IMG/VR virus record: IMGVR_UViG_3300049988_000286 | Location: 64,001-128,000 of that record | Length of the DNA stretch: 64,000 bases | Direction: 5' to 3' (one strand) | From: a virus | Taxonomy: Duplodnaviria; Caudoviricetes | In this document: positions 17,513-27,434 of the stretch, in pieces | How positions within the stretch are numbered: position 1 is the stretch's first letter | Layout: each line of letters begins with the position of its first letter | Notes under the pieces: model-generated | Seen by the model: only the letters and a program-made list of their open reading frames with translations | What the model was told of the DNA's origin: nothing | Databases searched by the model: none | Made by a program: the position numbers and the translations under genes

Positions 17513-18663
17513 TATTTCGAATGCGCCATCTCCTGTAGGCGGTATTCGAACTCCTGATAGCGATCGAACGAGGCTCGGAAACGGGCCTCGTCTCGCGCCA
17601 TGGCGCGGTAATCGATCGTGGGTCCGGAAAGGACTTTGCGCGACCGGTACCCCACCACATTCTCCTCATCGCCATATTGGAAGCCGGGGAGGTCGTACTC
17701 TGCTGGCTCTACCCAGATATCGGCCTTCTCCTCCTTCGCGATCGTGAACGCGAGGGCGAGCATGAACGCGGCCAGCTTGGGGTTCTCTGCCCCAAATTGC
17801 TTGATGCGTCCCACGGGACCGTCACGGGTGTCGTGGACGTAGCAATAGACGAAGCCCTTGATCATCCGGTCGGCGAACATCGCGTGCTTCTCGCTATCAA
17901 CGATGTGGGCGAGCTTGCGATCATAGAGGATGAAGGAGCCACCGTCGTCGTGGAATAGGAGCCATGACGCGGGATCACGACTTGCGAGATCGACCTCATC
18001 CCGCTTCGGGCGATGCTGGGGCTTCGCTGACACGACGATCGCCTTTGCTCGTTCGGTGGTGATCGTCCCGGCACGGACGAGTTTCGAGTAGAGGCCGGAG
18101 GCGAGGGCGTCGCGAACAAACTCGCGGTGAACACGCATGAAATTGCGCGCACCGCCGGGAGTGAAGCCACCGCTAGTTTTACCGGGCTCCAACGTTCGCG
18201 CTGCCTTACCGATCACGGTGCCGAGACCAAACTGTCGATACTCCTTGGCGACCATGATGAGCACGCAGCCCCATTCATCTTGTGCCGATGCCACGCGCGT
18301 GTCGCCTTCAAAGATCGACAGTGTAAATTCTTCGGGTTGGAAACCCAACCTTTTCACCTCTTCGTCAGAGTAAAACTGCACCTCACCGTCGATGCGGATC
18401 AATTCCTTGTCGGCATCCCGCATTGCATAATCGCAACGCCGTGTCTTGACCATGAGGTCGAACGCGATGCCGTTGACCTTGAAGCGCCGGACATGCCTAT
18501 ATGCTGCACGCTTGTCACCCTCGTATTGGTTAAGATCGGTCAGTGTGACATTGTAGGCTTGTTCGCCGTGCCATTTGTCGTTCTCATTACAGAGGTGAAG
18601 GTATTCGCTACTGGTGAGTAGCGCGGGGTTGATTTCGTTCGGATTCCAAGGACGCGGTAGCAT
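17509..18663 (-). CDS. GNAT-like acetyltransferase domain protein
   Basis: VAKEYRQFGLGTVI (motif A) and GGFTPGG..NF; TAAATA-N4-ATG. Confidence 0.6.
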   Translation of the reverse strand: MLPRPWNPNEINPALLTSSEYLHLCNENDKWHGEQAYNVTLTDLNQYEGDKRAAYRHVRRFKVNGIAFDLMVKTRRCDYAMRDADKELIRIDGEVQFYSDEEVKRLGFQPEEFTLSIFEGDTRVASAQDEWGCVLIMVAKEYRQFGLGTVIGKAARTLEPGKTSGGFTPGGARNFMRVHREFVRDALASGLYSKLVRAGTITTERAKAIVVSAKPQHRPKRDEVDLASRDPASWLLFHDDGGSFILYDRKLAHIVDSEKHAMFADRMIKGFVYCYVHDTRDGPVGRIKQFGAENPKLAAFMLALAFTIAKEEKADIWVEPAEYDLPGFQYGDEENVVGYRSRKVLSGPTIDYRAMARDEARFRASFDRYQEFEYRLQEMAHSKY

Positions 18664-18667
18664 TGAG

Positions 18668-18683
18668 TATTTATGGATAAATA
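18668..18683. promoter_or_regulatory. back-to-back divergent TAAATA motifs
   Basis: TATTTA-TGGA-TAAATA between divergent genes. Confidence 0.7.
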
Positions 18684-18708
18684 CTTCAACTATCTCCAAG
18701 GAGTCATC

Positions 18709-19251
18709 ATGCTTTACGACATCACCATCGCGGGTATTGGTGGCACCGCCCCCAGCGATGGTTTCATCGACCCAAAAACCGTTTACGCCTACATGGAGGC
18801 GAACAAAACCGACCTCCCCACCAGCTACGCCAATGCTCTCGCGAAGTCGCGCGCAAATGTGCGCAACCGCGACGTGATGGCCTCGATCCAGACCTACTCC
18901 CAGATGGAGATCAAGTCAGTGACCGCGACCGGTTCACCCTCTGCGAGCACGCCGCCGTCGAGCATCATCATCCGGGTATCAGTGAACGATGTCGCCGATG
19001 TAGTGACGCGTGACGAGAACAACGCTGGTGCTCTACTGACCGGCGACGCGGCGGTGAAGCGCATCATCGCTCGCGCGTTGGTCAAGTCGATGATCGGCGT
19101 GATGGACATCTTCGACCCGACGAAGACCACCGCCCCCGGTAATGCCACCCCGGCGATCCGCACCGGAACGCGTTTTAATACTGAAACTACTGGCGCGCTT
19201 TATGCTAATCTCGCCACCGCTGGCAGCAGCGTCACTATCACCGCTGTATAA
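18709..19251 (+). CDS. probable virion structural protein
   Basis: Ala/Thr-rich, strongly biased codons, behind TAAATA with AAGGAG RBS. Confidence 0.5.
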   Translation: MLYDITIAGIGGTAPSDGFIDPKTVYAYMEANKTDLPTSYANALAKSRANVRNRDVMASIQTYSQMEIKSVTATGSPSASTPPSSIIIRVSVNDVADVVTRDENNAGALLTGDAAVKRIIARALVKSMIGVMDIFDPTKTTAPGNATPAIRTGTRFNTETTGALYANLATAGSSVTITAV

Positions 19252-19267
19252 GGAGAACACCGAAGAA

Positions 19268-19672
19268 ATGTCCCACCTTAATCATCTTCATCTGCTCGTC
19301 ACCGCTTGGGTGGATAACCCTCCGATGACTGCCGACGCGGGAACCGACTGGCTGCGTGAACTTGTCGATATTATCGATATGCAGATTTTGATGGATGCCA
19401 CGGCGATCTTCTGTGAAGACCTTGGTAACGAAGGCGTGACCGGTATCGTCGGTCTCACCACCTCGCACGCGAGTTTCCATAGCTGGCACGACGCCCCGCG
19501 CCCATTTATTTCGTTCGATCTTTACTCATGTCGCCATTTCGCGGTGGAGAAGGTATTCGAGCATCTCGCCAAGTGGGGGCTGATGAAGTGCAACTACGTG
19601 CTTATCGATCGAGACCCGAGCCACGCGACGATGCAAATCATCGATCAGGGCATCTTTACTCCCGAAGCTTGA
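19268..19672 (+). CDS. speD: S-adenosylmethionine decarboxylase proenzyme
   Basis: HLHLLV...GVTGIVGLTTSHASFHSW...FDLYSC. Confidence 0.85.
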   Translation: MSHLNHLHLLVTAWVDNPPMTADAGTDWLRELVDIIDMQILMDATAIFCEDLGNEGVTGIVGLTTSHASFHSWHDAPRPFISFDLYSCRHFAVEKVFEHLAKWGLMKCNYVLIDRDPSHATMQIIDQGIFTPEA

Positions 19673-19681
19673 TAACGAGAA

Positions 19682-20131
19682 ATGCGCAAATTTATCAATC
19701 TGATCGAAGAGGCTAGAGCGATCCCCAGTGAGGTTGTGGATCGCATCTTGTCCGATCACCGCGCCAAGCGTGGCGTGAAAGTACCTGCGTCGGCGCGCTT
19801 GTGGCGCGGCGAGAGCGAGGAGTCGGGTTCTGGCATGGCCACCTACGGCCTCGGAACCTACTTCACCTGCGACCGCAAGTACGCGGCTCGGTACGGCACC
19901 GTGCGTGAAGTTCAACGCTCTATGCTCCCCTATAATTGCCTCCGCTTCGATACCATCAACGACTTCGAGATTTGGTATCAGACTGCCTTCAAGCTGATGG
20001 GCTACAATGACAATCGTGATGTATGGAAAGATTTCCACGGGATGGATGATTTCATTCGACATATCGATATGTCCGTTGACGGTCTTCAAATAGGCAAAGG
20101 CAAAGATGCCATGTTTGTGCTTTATCCGTAA
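19682..20131 (+). CDS. ADP-ribosyltransferase-like protein with MRxxIxLxE leader
   Basis: MRKFINLIEE; LWRGE...GLGTYFTCDRKYAARYG. Confidence 0.55.
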   Translation: MRKFINLIEEARAIPSEVVDRILSDHRAKRGVKVPASARLWRGESEESGSGMATYGLGTYFTCDRKYAARYGTVREVQRSMLPYNCLRFDTINDFEIWYQTAFKLMGYNDNRDVWKDFHGMDDFIRHIDMSVDGLQIGKGKDAMFVLYP

Positions 20132-20198
20132 AGTTCAGAGATAAATACCTAGACGCACATAATGCGTTGGCAAAGCACAACATATAGAGGCAAAGCAT

Positions 20199-21260
20199 AT
20201 GAAACTAATCACAGGCATTGCGACGCTTGTCGTCGCCATTTTAATTTCCGTCATCGCGGGCTATTTCTCCATCGTGGGTCTCGCGGCATTGTTCGCGGCT
20301 CGCGCCCTCCCCGTCATCGTCATGGGATCGGTCCTCGAAATCGGCAAACTCGTCGCAGCGACGTGGCTCAAGTTCAACTGGGCTGATCGCGGCGTTGCGT
20401 GGCCCCACAAGGGCTACCTCCTTCTTGCCACGCTCGTCCTGATGATCATCACCTCCTTGGGCATCTTCGGCTTCCTGTCGGCGGGACACCTCGAACAGAA
20501 TGCCCCACTGGCGGGTCTATCGATCCAAGCGCAGCAGTACCAAACGCGTCTTGACCAAACCATGGCGACGAACCGTCGTATCGAGCAGCGGCTGGGGCAG
20601 ATCGACACCAACATCAACGCCTTCCTGACCAGCGGAGCGGCCTCGAAGGGCTTGCGGGCGAGCGAGACGTTGAAGCGCGAACGCGCCGACTTGCAGACGC
20701 AGATGGATGCCAACAACGCGCAGATAAACGATCTCAATACCAAACTGGCACCATTGAAGCAGCAGAGCACCGAAGTTGAGGCCAAGCTTGGCCCGGTCAA
20801 ATATCTCGCTAGCGCGGCGGGCTATGACGATCCCGAAGTTGCCGTGCGTCTCGTCATCCTCCTGATCATGATCGCGTTCGACCCCCTCGCGGTGGTGCTC
20901 ATGATCTCCGGCTTGATCTCGCTCCGCCAGTGGCGCGACGAGCGAGTTGTTGAAGCCGAGGTCGTCCCTACGGAGCCGGTAGCGCCGATCGTTGAGCAAC
21001 CCCTCGCCGCCGAGATAACGCCAGAGCCTGAACCCGAGCCCATCCCGGCGACGATTATTGCCGCTCACCCGACCGTCGAGTTATTGATGCACGGCGGCGG
21101 TGTCGTGACGGCACCCCATGAGGAAATCGATGTCAGGACGCTCCTCATCGATCTCATGGAGGAGCATCCCGAGATCGTTACCGAGTTCATCGCAGCCGTG
21201 AAGGAAACGGAACTCGACGCGCGCTCTACCACCAACACGACGGGAGGAACGATTGACTAA
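20199..21260 (+). CDS. membrane-anchored coiled-coil protein
   Basis: Three N-terminal TM helices, long coiled coil, fourth TM; TAAATA at 20142. Confidence 0.75.
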   Translation: MKLITGIATLVVAILISVIAGYFSIVGLAALFAARALPVIVMGSVLEIGKLVAATWLKFNWADRGVAWPHKGYLLLATLVLMIITSLGIFGFLSAGHLEQNAPLAGLSIQAQQYQTRLDQTMATNRRIEQRLGQIDTNINAFLTSGAASKGLRASETLKRERADLQTQMDANNAQINDLNTKLAPLKQQSTEVEAKLGPVKYLASAAGYDDPEVAVRLVILLIMIAFDPLAVVLMISGLISLRQWRDERVVEAEVVPTEPVAPIVEQPLAAEITPEPEPEPIPATIIAAHPTVELLMHGGGVVTAPHEEIDVRTLLIDLMEEHPEIVTEFIAAVKETELDARSTTNTTGGTID

Positions 21261-21573
21261 TTACGCGGAAGTCAGAGAGAGCAACAGGGTCACAGCAGAG
21301 GAGTTGCTCACCCGCATCCCCGCTGTGATCACAGGGTCGAATGCGCGAACATGCCCGGAGAACCTCCGGTGGCTGCTCAATCGCGTCATCGAGAAGATAG
21401 ACACCTACCCCTTGGACAAGATCGGCCGCTGGATCGGTTTCGTCCAAGGGGTGCTCGCCATGTCGGACAATCTGGACGTGGATGCCGAGCGAGACCGCAC
21501 GCGCGCGAGGATGCAAGCCGCGTATCTCGCCACTGGTCAAGAAGTTCCCGAAACGGCTGAAATGCCACAGTAA
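21253..21573 (+). CDS. hypothetical protein
   Basis: RBS GGAGG; DKIGRWIGFVQGVL motif. Confidence 0.65.
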   Translation: MTNYAEVRESNRVTAEELLTRIPAVITGSNARTCPENLRWLLNRVIEKIDTYPLDKIGRWIGFVQGVLAMSDNLDVDAERDRTRARMQAAYLATGQEVPETAEMPQ

Positions 21574-21632
21574 TATTGCGCCCCGGATACCTGACGCGTC
21601 ATTATGTCTAAATATATCTGACACTCCCACGC

Positions 21633-22901
21633 ATGAGGTATCCGGTGGAAGCTAACCAAGAGTATAAATGCACATTCTGCGGCTTGCACAAAAATCAAGT
21701 CGATGTCCTCATTCGCGGTGAGGAAAACTCTCATGGCTTCATCTGTAATACTTGCGTCGATAAGTGCTACGATCTCGTCCACGGTGACGAAGATGCCTCC
21801 GAGGAGGAAACCGATGCGGTAACAGTCGAGGAGGCTCCGGCCGAGGAGCCTGAAAAGTCCCCGACCCCCGTGGCAATCAAGCAGTATCTGGACCAATACG
21901 TCGTGGGTCAGGAAACGGCAAAGATCACCGTTTCTGTCGCCGCGTACAACCACTACAAGCGCGTCACCAACCCCGATCCGCTCGCGGTTGAGATCGATAA
22001 ATCGAATATCCTGCTAATCGGCCCCACCGGCTGCGGCAAGACCCTCATCGCGCAGTCGCTGGCTCGTTACCTCGATGTGCCATGGGTCATGGCTGATGCC
22101 ACCTCTCTGACCGAAGCGGGCTATGTCGGCGAGGATGTGGAATCGATTATTGGACGCCTTCTCGCTGCCGCTGACTACAATGTCGGTATGGCGGAGCGCG
22201 GCATCGTCTTCCTCGACGAGATCGATAAGAAGAAGGCCAGCCGATCAGCCAGTTCGCAGCGCGATGTGTCGGGCGAGGGTGTGCAGCAAGCACTCCTCAA
22301 GCTGATCGAGGGCACGGAGATGATGGTGTCCCCGCCGGGCAAGAAGAACGCCGAGCGAGTAAAGATCAACACGAAGAACATCCTCTTCATCGTCTCCGGG
22401 GCTTTCGTGGGTCTCGATAAGCTGATCAAGAAAGAGAAGCGCGCAATCGGATTTGGTCTTGGTGTCGAGGCGGCAGCGACTTCGACAATGATCAGCGAGC
22501 ACTTGGTAGAGTTTGGTCTCATCCCCGAGTTGGTTGGTCGTCTGCCCGTCGTTGGTATCTTGGAGGAGTTGAACGAGGATCAACTCTATCATGTGCTGAC
22601 CGAGCCCCGCAACGCGATCACCAAGCAGTTCCGCGCGATGTTTAACCTCGATGGTGTCGATCTCGAATTCACCGACGAGGGGCTGCGCAGCCTTGCCCGC
22701 AAGGCGATTGCCAACAAGACGGGTGCGCGCGGTCTCCGAGGCCTGATCGAAGGCGCTCTCCTTACTACGCAGTATAATCTTCCCGACATGCGCGACATCG
22801 GGGTTGAAGTAGTAATCGTCAACGATGAAGTATTCACCGATGGGAAGCAGCCCACTGTGCGTTTTCGCAAAGAAGATATTGAAGCACAGCAGAGTGTGTG
22901 A
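21633..22901 (+). CDS. clpX: ATP-dependent Clp protease ATP-binding subunit ClpX
   Basis: C4 Zn finger, GPTGCGKT, EAGYVGEDVE, RDVSGEGVQQALLK, IGF loop, GARGLR. Confidence 0.97.
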   Translation: MRYPVEANQEYKCTFCGLHKNQVDVLIRGEENSHGFICNTCVDKCYDLVHGDEDASEEETDAVTVEEAPAEEPEKSPTPVAIKQYLDQYVVGQETAKITVSVAAYNHYKRVTNPDPLAVEIDKSNILLIGPTGCGKTLIAQSLARYLDVPWVMADATSLTEAGYVGEDVESIIGRLLAAADYNVGMAERGIVFLDEIDKKKASRSASSQRDVSGEGVQQALLKLIEGTEMMVSPPGKKNAERVKINTKNILFIVSGAFVGLDKLIKKEKRAIGFGLGVEAAATSTMISEHLVEFGLIPELVGRLPVVGILEELNEDQLYHVLTEPRNAITKQFRAMFNLDGVDLEFTDEGLRSLARKAIANKTGARGLRGLIEGALLTTQYNLPDMRDIGVEVVIVNDEVFTDGKQPTVRFRKEDIEAQQSV

Positions 22902-22932
22902 GAATATTCAGCACCACTAAAGGAATATAGTA

Positions 22933-23169
22933 GTGTCGAATAAGCATTTTAAGTCGTCGTTCGAAGGCAAGAAGGGCCTTACGGTTGAGGTCAGGAACGG
23001 AAACGTCGAAGGGGCGGTGCGGTTGCTGTCTCGTCGTCTCAAGCAGGAGGGCATCATGCGCGAGCTTCGTGCGCGCTCCTTCTACGAGAAGCCGAGCACC
23101 AAGAAGCGCCGGAAGCACGCAGAAGCGGTTTCGCGCTGGCGCAAGCAGCTAGCGAAGGACGACCGCTAA
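22933..23169 (+). CDS. rpsU: 30S ribosomal protein bS21
   Basis: VEVRNGNVEGA.R.L.R...EGIMRELR.R.FYEKPS.KKRRK. Confidence 0.92.
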   Translation: MSNKHFKSSFEGKKGLTVEVRNGNVEGAVRLLSRRLKQEGIMRELRARSFYEKPSTKKRRKHAEAVSRWRKQLAKDDR

Positions 23170-23185
23170 AATATTGCAAACAGGG

Positions 23186-23218
23186 TGAGGCTGGGGTAAA
23201 ACCCGGCCTCATTCTTTT
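23186..23218 (+). terminator. rho-independent terminator
   Basis: TGAGGCTGGG/CCCGGCCTCA plus TTCTTTT. Confidence 0.65.
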
Positions 23219-23228
23219 GGAGCGCCGT

Positions 23229-23525
23229 GTGGCCGACACTCTCACCGACGAGAAAACCGATCTCAATCTCGATTTCCCCTCCCTGTGGGGAGCGAAGTTC
23301 TTCAACGACGACTACACCCCCATGGAATTCGTTATCCTCGTCCTCCATCAGGAATTTCGGCTCGATCTCGCGGCGGCGGAAGCGGTTATGATCAAGGTCC
23401 ATGAGGAGGGCAGCGCCGTGGTAGGGTCGTACACCAAGGATGTCGCACAGACGAAGGTCATGACCGTGCAGTCACAGGCACGGCACATGGGCCATCCCCT
23501 CCAACTCGAAGCGGTGTCGGTATGA
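23229..23525 (+). CDS. clpS: Clp protease adaptor ClpS
   Basis: FNDDYTPMEFV..VL...F...A..VM.KVH.EG.AVVG.Y..DVA.TK. Confidence 0.95.
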   Translation: MADTLTDEKTDLNLDFPSLWGAKFFNDDYTPMEFVILVLHQEFRLDLAAAEAVMIKVHEEGSAVVGSYTKDVAQTKVMTVQSQARHMGHPLQLEAVSV

Positions 23526-23722
23526 ACACGATGAAGGTGTGGCTCCTCGTCGTCTTTGGTGTCGTGACATGTGGAGAATACTGTGAGGATACTCGTCGCC
23601 CGATGATCGTCATCGACAATCTGGCTTCACGGGAGCAGTGTATTGCCCTCGGCACTCGCCTCGCTGGCAAGACCACCAATGGTTCCTACGACTGCACTGG
23701 CTTAAGCAAGGTCAAGCAGTAA
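23522..23722 (+). CDS. small secreted Cys-containing protein
   Basis: Hydrophobic N-terminus, four Cys. Confidence 0.55.
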   Translation: MNTMKVWLLVVFGVVTCGEYCEDTRRPMIVIDNLASREQCIALGTRLAGKTTNGSYDCTGLSKVKQ

Positions 23723-23760
23723 ACTGCGAACATAAATAATGCATCTCTTGAGGTGCATTT

Positions 23761-24075
23761 ATGTCTAGGCCGAAACCAACCGTTATTCTTTCCCACTCCG
23801 TTCCCTTTACGGGAAAGACGGAGCAGGTCTTGGCTGCAACCGCCATCTACGCGGTGTTCTACGATGGTCGGCCCATCAACGTGAAGAGCACCCTGCCCAA
23901 TCTCGGTATCCCGCAAACCAAATATCGCAAAAGCAGCTTCTCCAATAGCGGCCATGCCTTCAACCTCGCCGAGCGTCTCAACACGATGTTCGCCACCACT
24001 TTATTCAGCGTGGTGCGCCTCACTGCCGGTGAGGTGATGGTCGAGGGCGACGAAGGTGACGAGGATGGCCTTTGA
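23761..24075 (+). CDS. conserved phage hypothetical protein
   Basis: MSRPKP...AIYAVFYDG.PIN...KY.K.SFSN.GHA.NLA..LN; TAAATA at 23733. Confidence 0.75.
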   Translation: MSRPKPTVILSHSVPFTGKTEQVLAATAIYAVFYDGRPINVKSTLPNLGIPQTKYRKSSFSNSGHAFNLAERLNTMFATTLFSVVRLTAGEVMVEGDEGDEDGL

Positions 24076-24454
24076 TCGCACCCGCTTCGTCGCAGGACTA
24101 CGTGCCCTTGATCCTGATCAAAACGCCAAAGCATTAAAATGGCTCGTGCGCCTCACCGACGATGAAGTAGTCGCACAGCTTTTCCGGAACGCGCGCGGTG
24201 ATGCGAAGTCCGGACGAGGCAAACTCCTCTCTACGAAGGGCAGGAAATTCCTCAAGCAGGTGTACAACCATTGGGAGGTAACGCTTGATCACGCGATGAC
24301 GGCGCGACAACAACTTCGTTTCGCGCGGGCGTGCCGCCTCCCTTACCACTACACAGAGGTGTCGCTACTCACCTTCGAGGAAGACGTGGGCGTGTGGCTG
24401 TCCCTTATACAGGGCGATATCGATCTGATGGACAATGTGCTGCCGGAATATTGA
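24065..24454 (+). CDS. hypothetical protein
   Basis: Overlapping ORF. Confidence 0.65.
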   Translation: MAFDRTRFVAGLRALDPDQNAKALKWLVRLTDDEVVAQLFRNARGDAKSGRGKLLSTKGRKFLKQVYNHWEVTLDHAMTARQQLRFARACRLPYHYTEVSLLTFEEDVGVWLSLIQGDIDLMDNVLPEY

Positions 24455-24555
24455 TCACCGAGTAGATTTTTTTGTTGACCCGGCCGGGGATGGTATGAGA
24501 GAGAGGCGTTGCGGATGGGAAAACCCGGCGCGCCTATCAACTCGGAGTATCGAAG

Positions 24556-25965
24556 ATGTCGGACACCACCAGCGTTTCCCCCACCCAGTTGCGGCCGAAG
24601 TCGGTTCGTAACGTCGTTCGTCTCATGACGACCACCTATCTCGCGACCTTCATCTGGGGGTCGCCGGGCATTTCCAAGTCGGCCGTCGCCAAGCAGATCG
24701 CCACCGAGCAGGGTATCGCCTTCGTCGATGTCCGCCTGTCGATGATGGCTCCCACCGACGTGTCGGGAATGCCCTACCGTATCGAGGAGAACGGCGAGAC
24801 GGTCGGCGTCGGCTTCACGCCGCCGAAGATTCTGCCGCGCAATCTCGCGCTGCGCAAGACCAAGACGATCGAGGCAATGCCGACCTTCGTCTCGTTCGAA
24901 GCGAGCAACCCCTTGGGTTCGAACGACATCCGCTACGTCACCGATGTCAAGATCGAGGTCAAGGCGATCAACCGTCCCGGCACTGCGCCGGAAGACATGC
25001 TCACCGCCGAGATCGTCGAGCAGAGCCTCACCGACTTCACGGTGGCGCTCGTCAACGCCAAGGGCGAGTATTCGTCGGGTCAGGTCTTCTACCACATCAC
25101 CGGCGACGCCAAGGCGCTGGTCGCGTTCGAGGAACTCAACTCGGCTCCGCTCGCCACGCAGCAAGCCGCCTACCAGTTCATCCTCGATCGTCGCGTCGGC
25201 GAATACATCGTTCCCGATGGTGTCCGCCTGATCGCGATGGGCAACCGCCAGACCGACAAGGGCCTGACCTTCACCATGCCGTCGCCGCTGGCGAACCGTT
25301 TCGACCATATCGAGATGGTGGTCAACTTCGACGACTGGCAGGAGTGGGCGATCGGCGCAATGGTGCACCCGCATGTCATCGGCTACCTGACCGACAACGC
25401 GATCGACCTCGACCAGTTCAACGCCCAGAACGCCTCGCGGGGCTTCGCGACGCCGCGTTCGTGGACGGCGGTCTCGACCATCCTGCAAGCGCAGGAAGCG
25501 GCGGGCGAGGACAGGAAGCTGTCGCCGAAGGAACTCCTTGCGGTGATCTGCGGCGCGATCGGCGACGGCACCGGGGTGAAGTTCAACACCTTCCGCAAGC
25601 TGATCGACAAGCTGCCGTCGATCGCCGACATCATGGCGGGGCGCGTCACCACGCTGCCCAAGGAGGACGGGGAGAACCCCGCGCTCGCTTACTCGCTCAC
25701 CGTTTCGCTGTGCTACGCGCTGCGGATGGAGAACGATCGCCTCGATGCGGAGGGCAAGTCGGTCGCCGACACCGGTGCGGAGCGCGAGGCGTGGTATAAG
25801 GGGTTCAACAACATCCTCGACTTCTGGATGAAGAACTTCGCGCCGGAGGTTCAGGTCATGGGGATGCGCACCATCCTGACCATCCACAAGCTGCCCGTGA
25901 AGAATCGTGCGAAGCTGCCCAGCCTCATCACCTTCACGAAGCTGAACAGCGATCTGATCCGCTAA
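24556..25965 (+). CDS. MoxR/dynein-related AAA+ ATPase with a ~90-aa insertion
   Basis: WGSPGISKS Walker A, FEELNSAP Walker B, AMGNR, LANRF. Confidence 0.9.
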   Translation: MSDTTSVSPTQLRPKSVRNVVRLMTTTYLATFIWGSPGISKSAVAKQIATEQGIAFVDVRLSMMAPTDVSGMPYRIEENGETVGVGFTPPKILPRNLALRKTKTIEAMPTFVSFEASNPLGSNDIRYVTDVKIEVKAINRPGTAPEDMLTAEIVEQSLTDFTVALVNAKGEYSSGQVFYHITGDAKALVAFEELNSAPLATQQAAYQFILDRRVGEYIVPDGVRLIAMGNRQTDKGLTFTMPSPLANRFDHIEMVVNFDDWQEWAIGAMVHPHVIGYLTDNAIDLDQFNAQNASRGFATPRSWTAVSTILQAQEAAGEDRKLSPKELLAVICGAIGDGTGVKFNTFRKLIDKLPSIADIMAGRVTTLPKEDGENPALAYSLTVSLCYALRMENDRLDAEGKSVADTGAEREAWYKGFNNILDFWMKNFAPEVQVMGMRTILTIHKLPVKNRAKLPSLITFTKLNSDLIR

Positions 25966-25988
25966 CCGAGGTCTCCGAGGAGAAGACT

Positions 25989-26022
25989 GGGTGTCGAAGT
26001 CATGGCTTCGGCACCCTTTTTT
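25989..26022 (+). terminator. rho-independent terminator
   Basis: GGGTGTCGAAG/CTTCGGCACCC plus T6. Confidence 0.75.
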
Positions 26023-26076
26023 CTTGACCCTAGCCACCAGTGTGGCATACAGGGGTGACTATTAGAGAGGTCGTAT

Positions 26077-27432
26077 ATGAACGCGCTAAAGATTCTCGAA
26101 GACGCCCGCACCAAGATGGCCATGTCGGTCACGACACCGACGAACCTGATGAGCACGAAATCGCTCGAAGAGATGCGGACCAAGATCGCCCGCGACATCA
26201 CGCGTGCGCGCATCCAGCTTCTCCTCACCCAGCCGTTCTTCGGCAACATGGCGATGAGCCTTCAGGTGATCCTGACCGATCAGGAAAAGCACGGCTGGTG
26301 CAACACCGCCGCCACCGATGGCAAGCGCCTCTACATGAACATCTTCTTCATCTCGAAGCTGACGTTCGACGAACTCCTGTTCGTCGTCGCCCACGAGGTG
26401 CTCCACGTCGTGTTCGACCACCTGTCGCGTCGGCAGGGTCGCGATCCCGAATACTACAACATGGCGGCTGATTACGTCATCAACTACATCTTGGTGAAGA
26501 ACAAGATCGGCACCATGCCGCCGGTCGGCCTGTTCAGCGAGACGTACAACGACTCCTACAATTCGGAGCAGGTGTACGAGATGCTGAAAAAGGATGAGGT
26601 CGAGATCGAGATGCCCCTCGATCAGCACCTCGACGCCGCCGGTGGCGCGGACGGCAACACCGATGGCGACGGCAAGCAGAAGGGCTCGGGCAAGGGTTCG
26701 ATCAAGGTTCGCGTCAAGGGCAACGGCGACGGTCCCCCGGTCCTCTCCGACGAGGAGTTGGAGGAAATTCGCGCCGAAGTGCTCGCCCGCACCATTCAGG
26801 CGGTTCAGGCCGCTGACGCGCAGGAGAGCGCTGGCTGCGTTCCGGCTGGCGTGCGCCGGATGATCGCCGAGTTGACCGAACCCAAGCTGGACTGGCGCTC
26901 GATGCTCGACGCCACGATCCGGTCCCAGATCAAGTGCGACTACACCTTCACGCAGCTTGCCCGCGTGGAGATCGGTGGCGGCTTCATCTTCCCGGCGGAG
27001 GATGACGATTATGTCGCCGAGGCGGACATCAAGATCGACACCTCGGGCTCGATGGGCGAGGAGTTGCTGCGCGAGATCATGTCCGAGATCAAGGGGATCA
27101 TGACGACGTTCGGGCAGTTCAAGCTGCGCGTCTCGTGCTTCGACGCCAAGGCGTACACGATCCACAACTTCACCGAGCAGAACATCGACGAGATCGACGA
27201 CTTCAAGCTGGAAGGCGGCGGCGGCACCCTGTTCGGCTGCTTCTGGGAGCAGTTGAAGGAGGAGGCGATCATCCCGGAGCGTCTCGTCGTGTTCACCGAT
27301 GGTTACCCCTGCGACTCGTGGGGCGATGGCTTCGAGAACTACTGTGAGACCCTTTGGGTCGTCCATGGTGGCTCGAAGACAAAAGCGCCGTGGGGGACGA
27401 CGGTGTTCTACGAGGACATGCATAAGAATTGA
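26077..27432 (+). CDS. metallopeptidase-like (HExxH) plus vWA domain protein (DUF2201-like)
   Basis: TAATDG, AHEVLH, AAD..IN; IDTSGSM MIDAS, GGGGT, VFTDGY. Confidence 0.9.
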   Translation: MNALKILEDARTKMAMSVTTPTNLMSTKSLEEMRTKIARDITRARIQLLLTQPFFGNMAMSLQVILTDQEKHGWCNTAATDGKRLYMNIFFISKLTFDELLFVVAHEVLHVVFDHLSRRQGRDPEYYNMAADYVINYILVKNKIGTMPPVGLFSETYNDSYNSEQVYEMLKKDEVEIEMPLDQHLDAAGGADGNTDGDGKQKGSGKGSIKVRVKGNGDGPPVLSDEELEEIRAEVLARTIQAVQAADAQESAGCVPAGVRRMIAELTEPKLDWRSMLDATIRSQIKCDYTFTQLARVEIGGGFIFPAEDDDYVAEADIKIDTSGSMGEELLREIMSEIKGIMTTFGQFKLRVSCFDAKAYTIHNFTEQNIDEIDDFKLEGGGGTLFGCFWEQLKEEAIIPERLVVFTDGYPCDSWGDGFENYCETLWVVHGGSKTKAPWGTTVFYEDMHKN

Positions 27433-27434
27433 TT

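Noticed and set aside
24472-24499. sigma70 promoter before the AAA ATPase gene
   Set aside because: TTGACC and TATGAG are only 13 nt apart; plausible but not supportable.
24838-25104. Intein in the AAA ATPase
   Set aside because: No N-terminal C/S block and no C-terminal HN-C/S/T; too short for a Hint domain.
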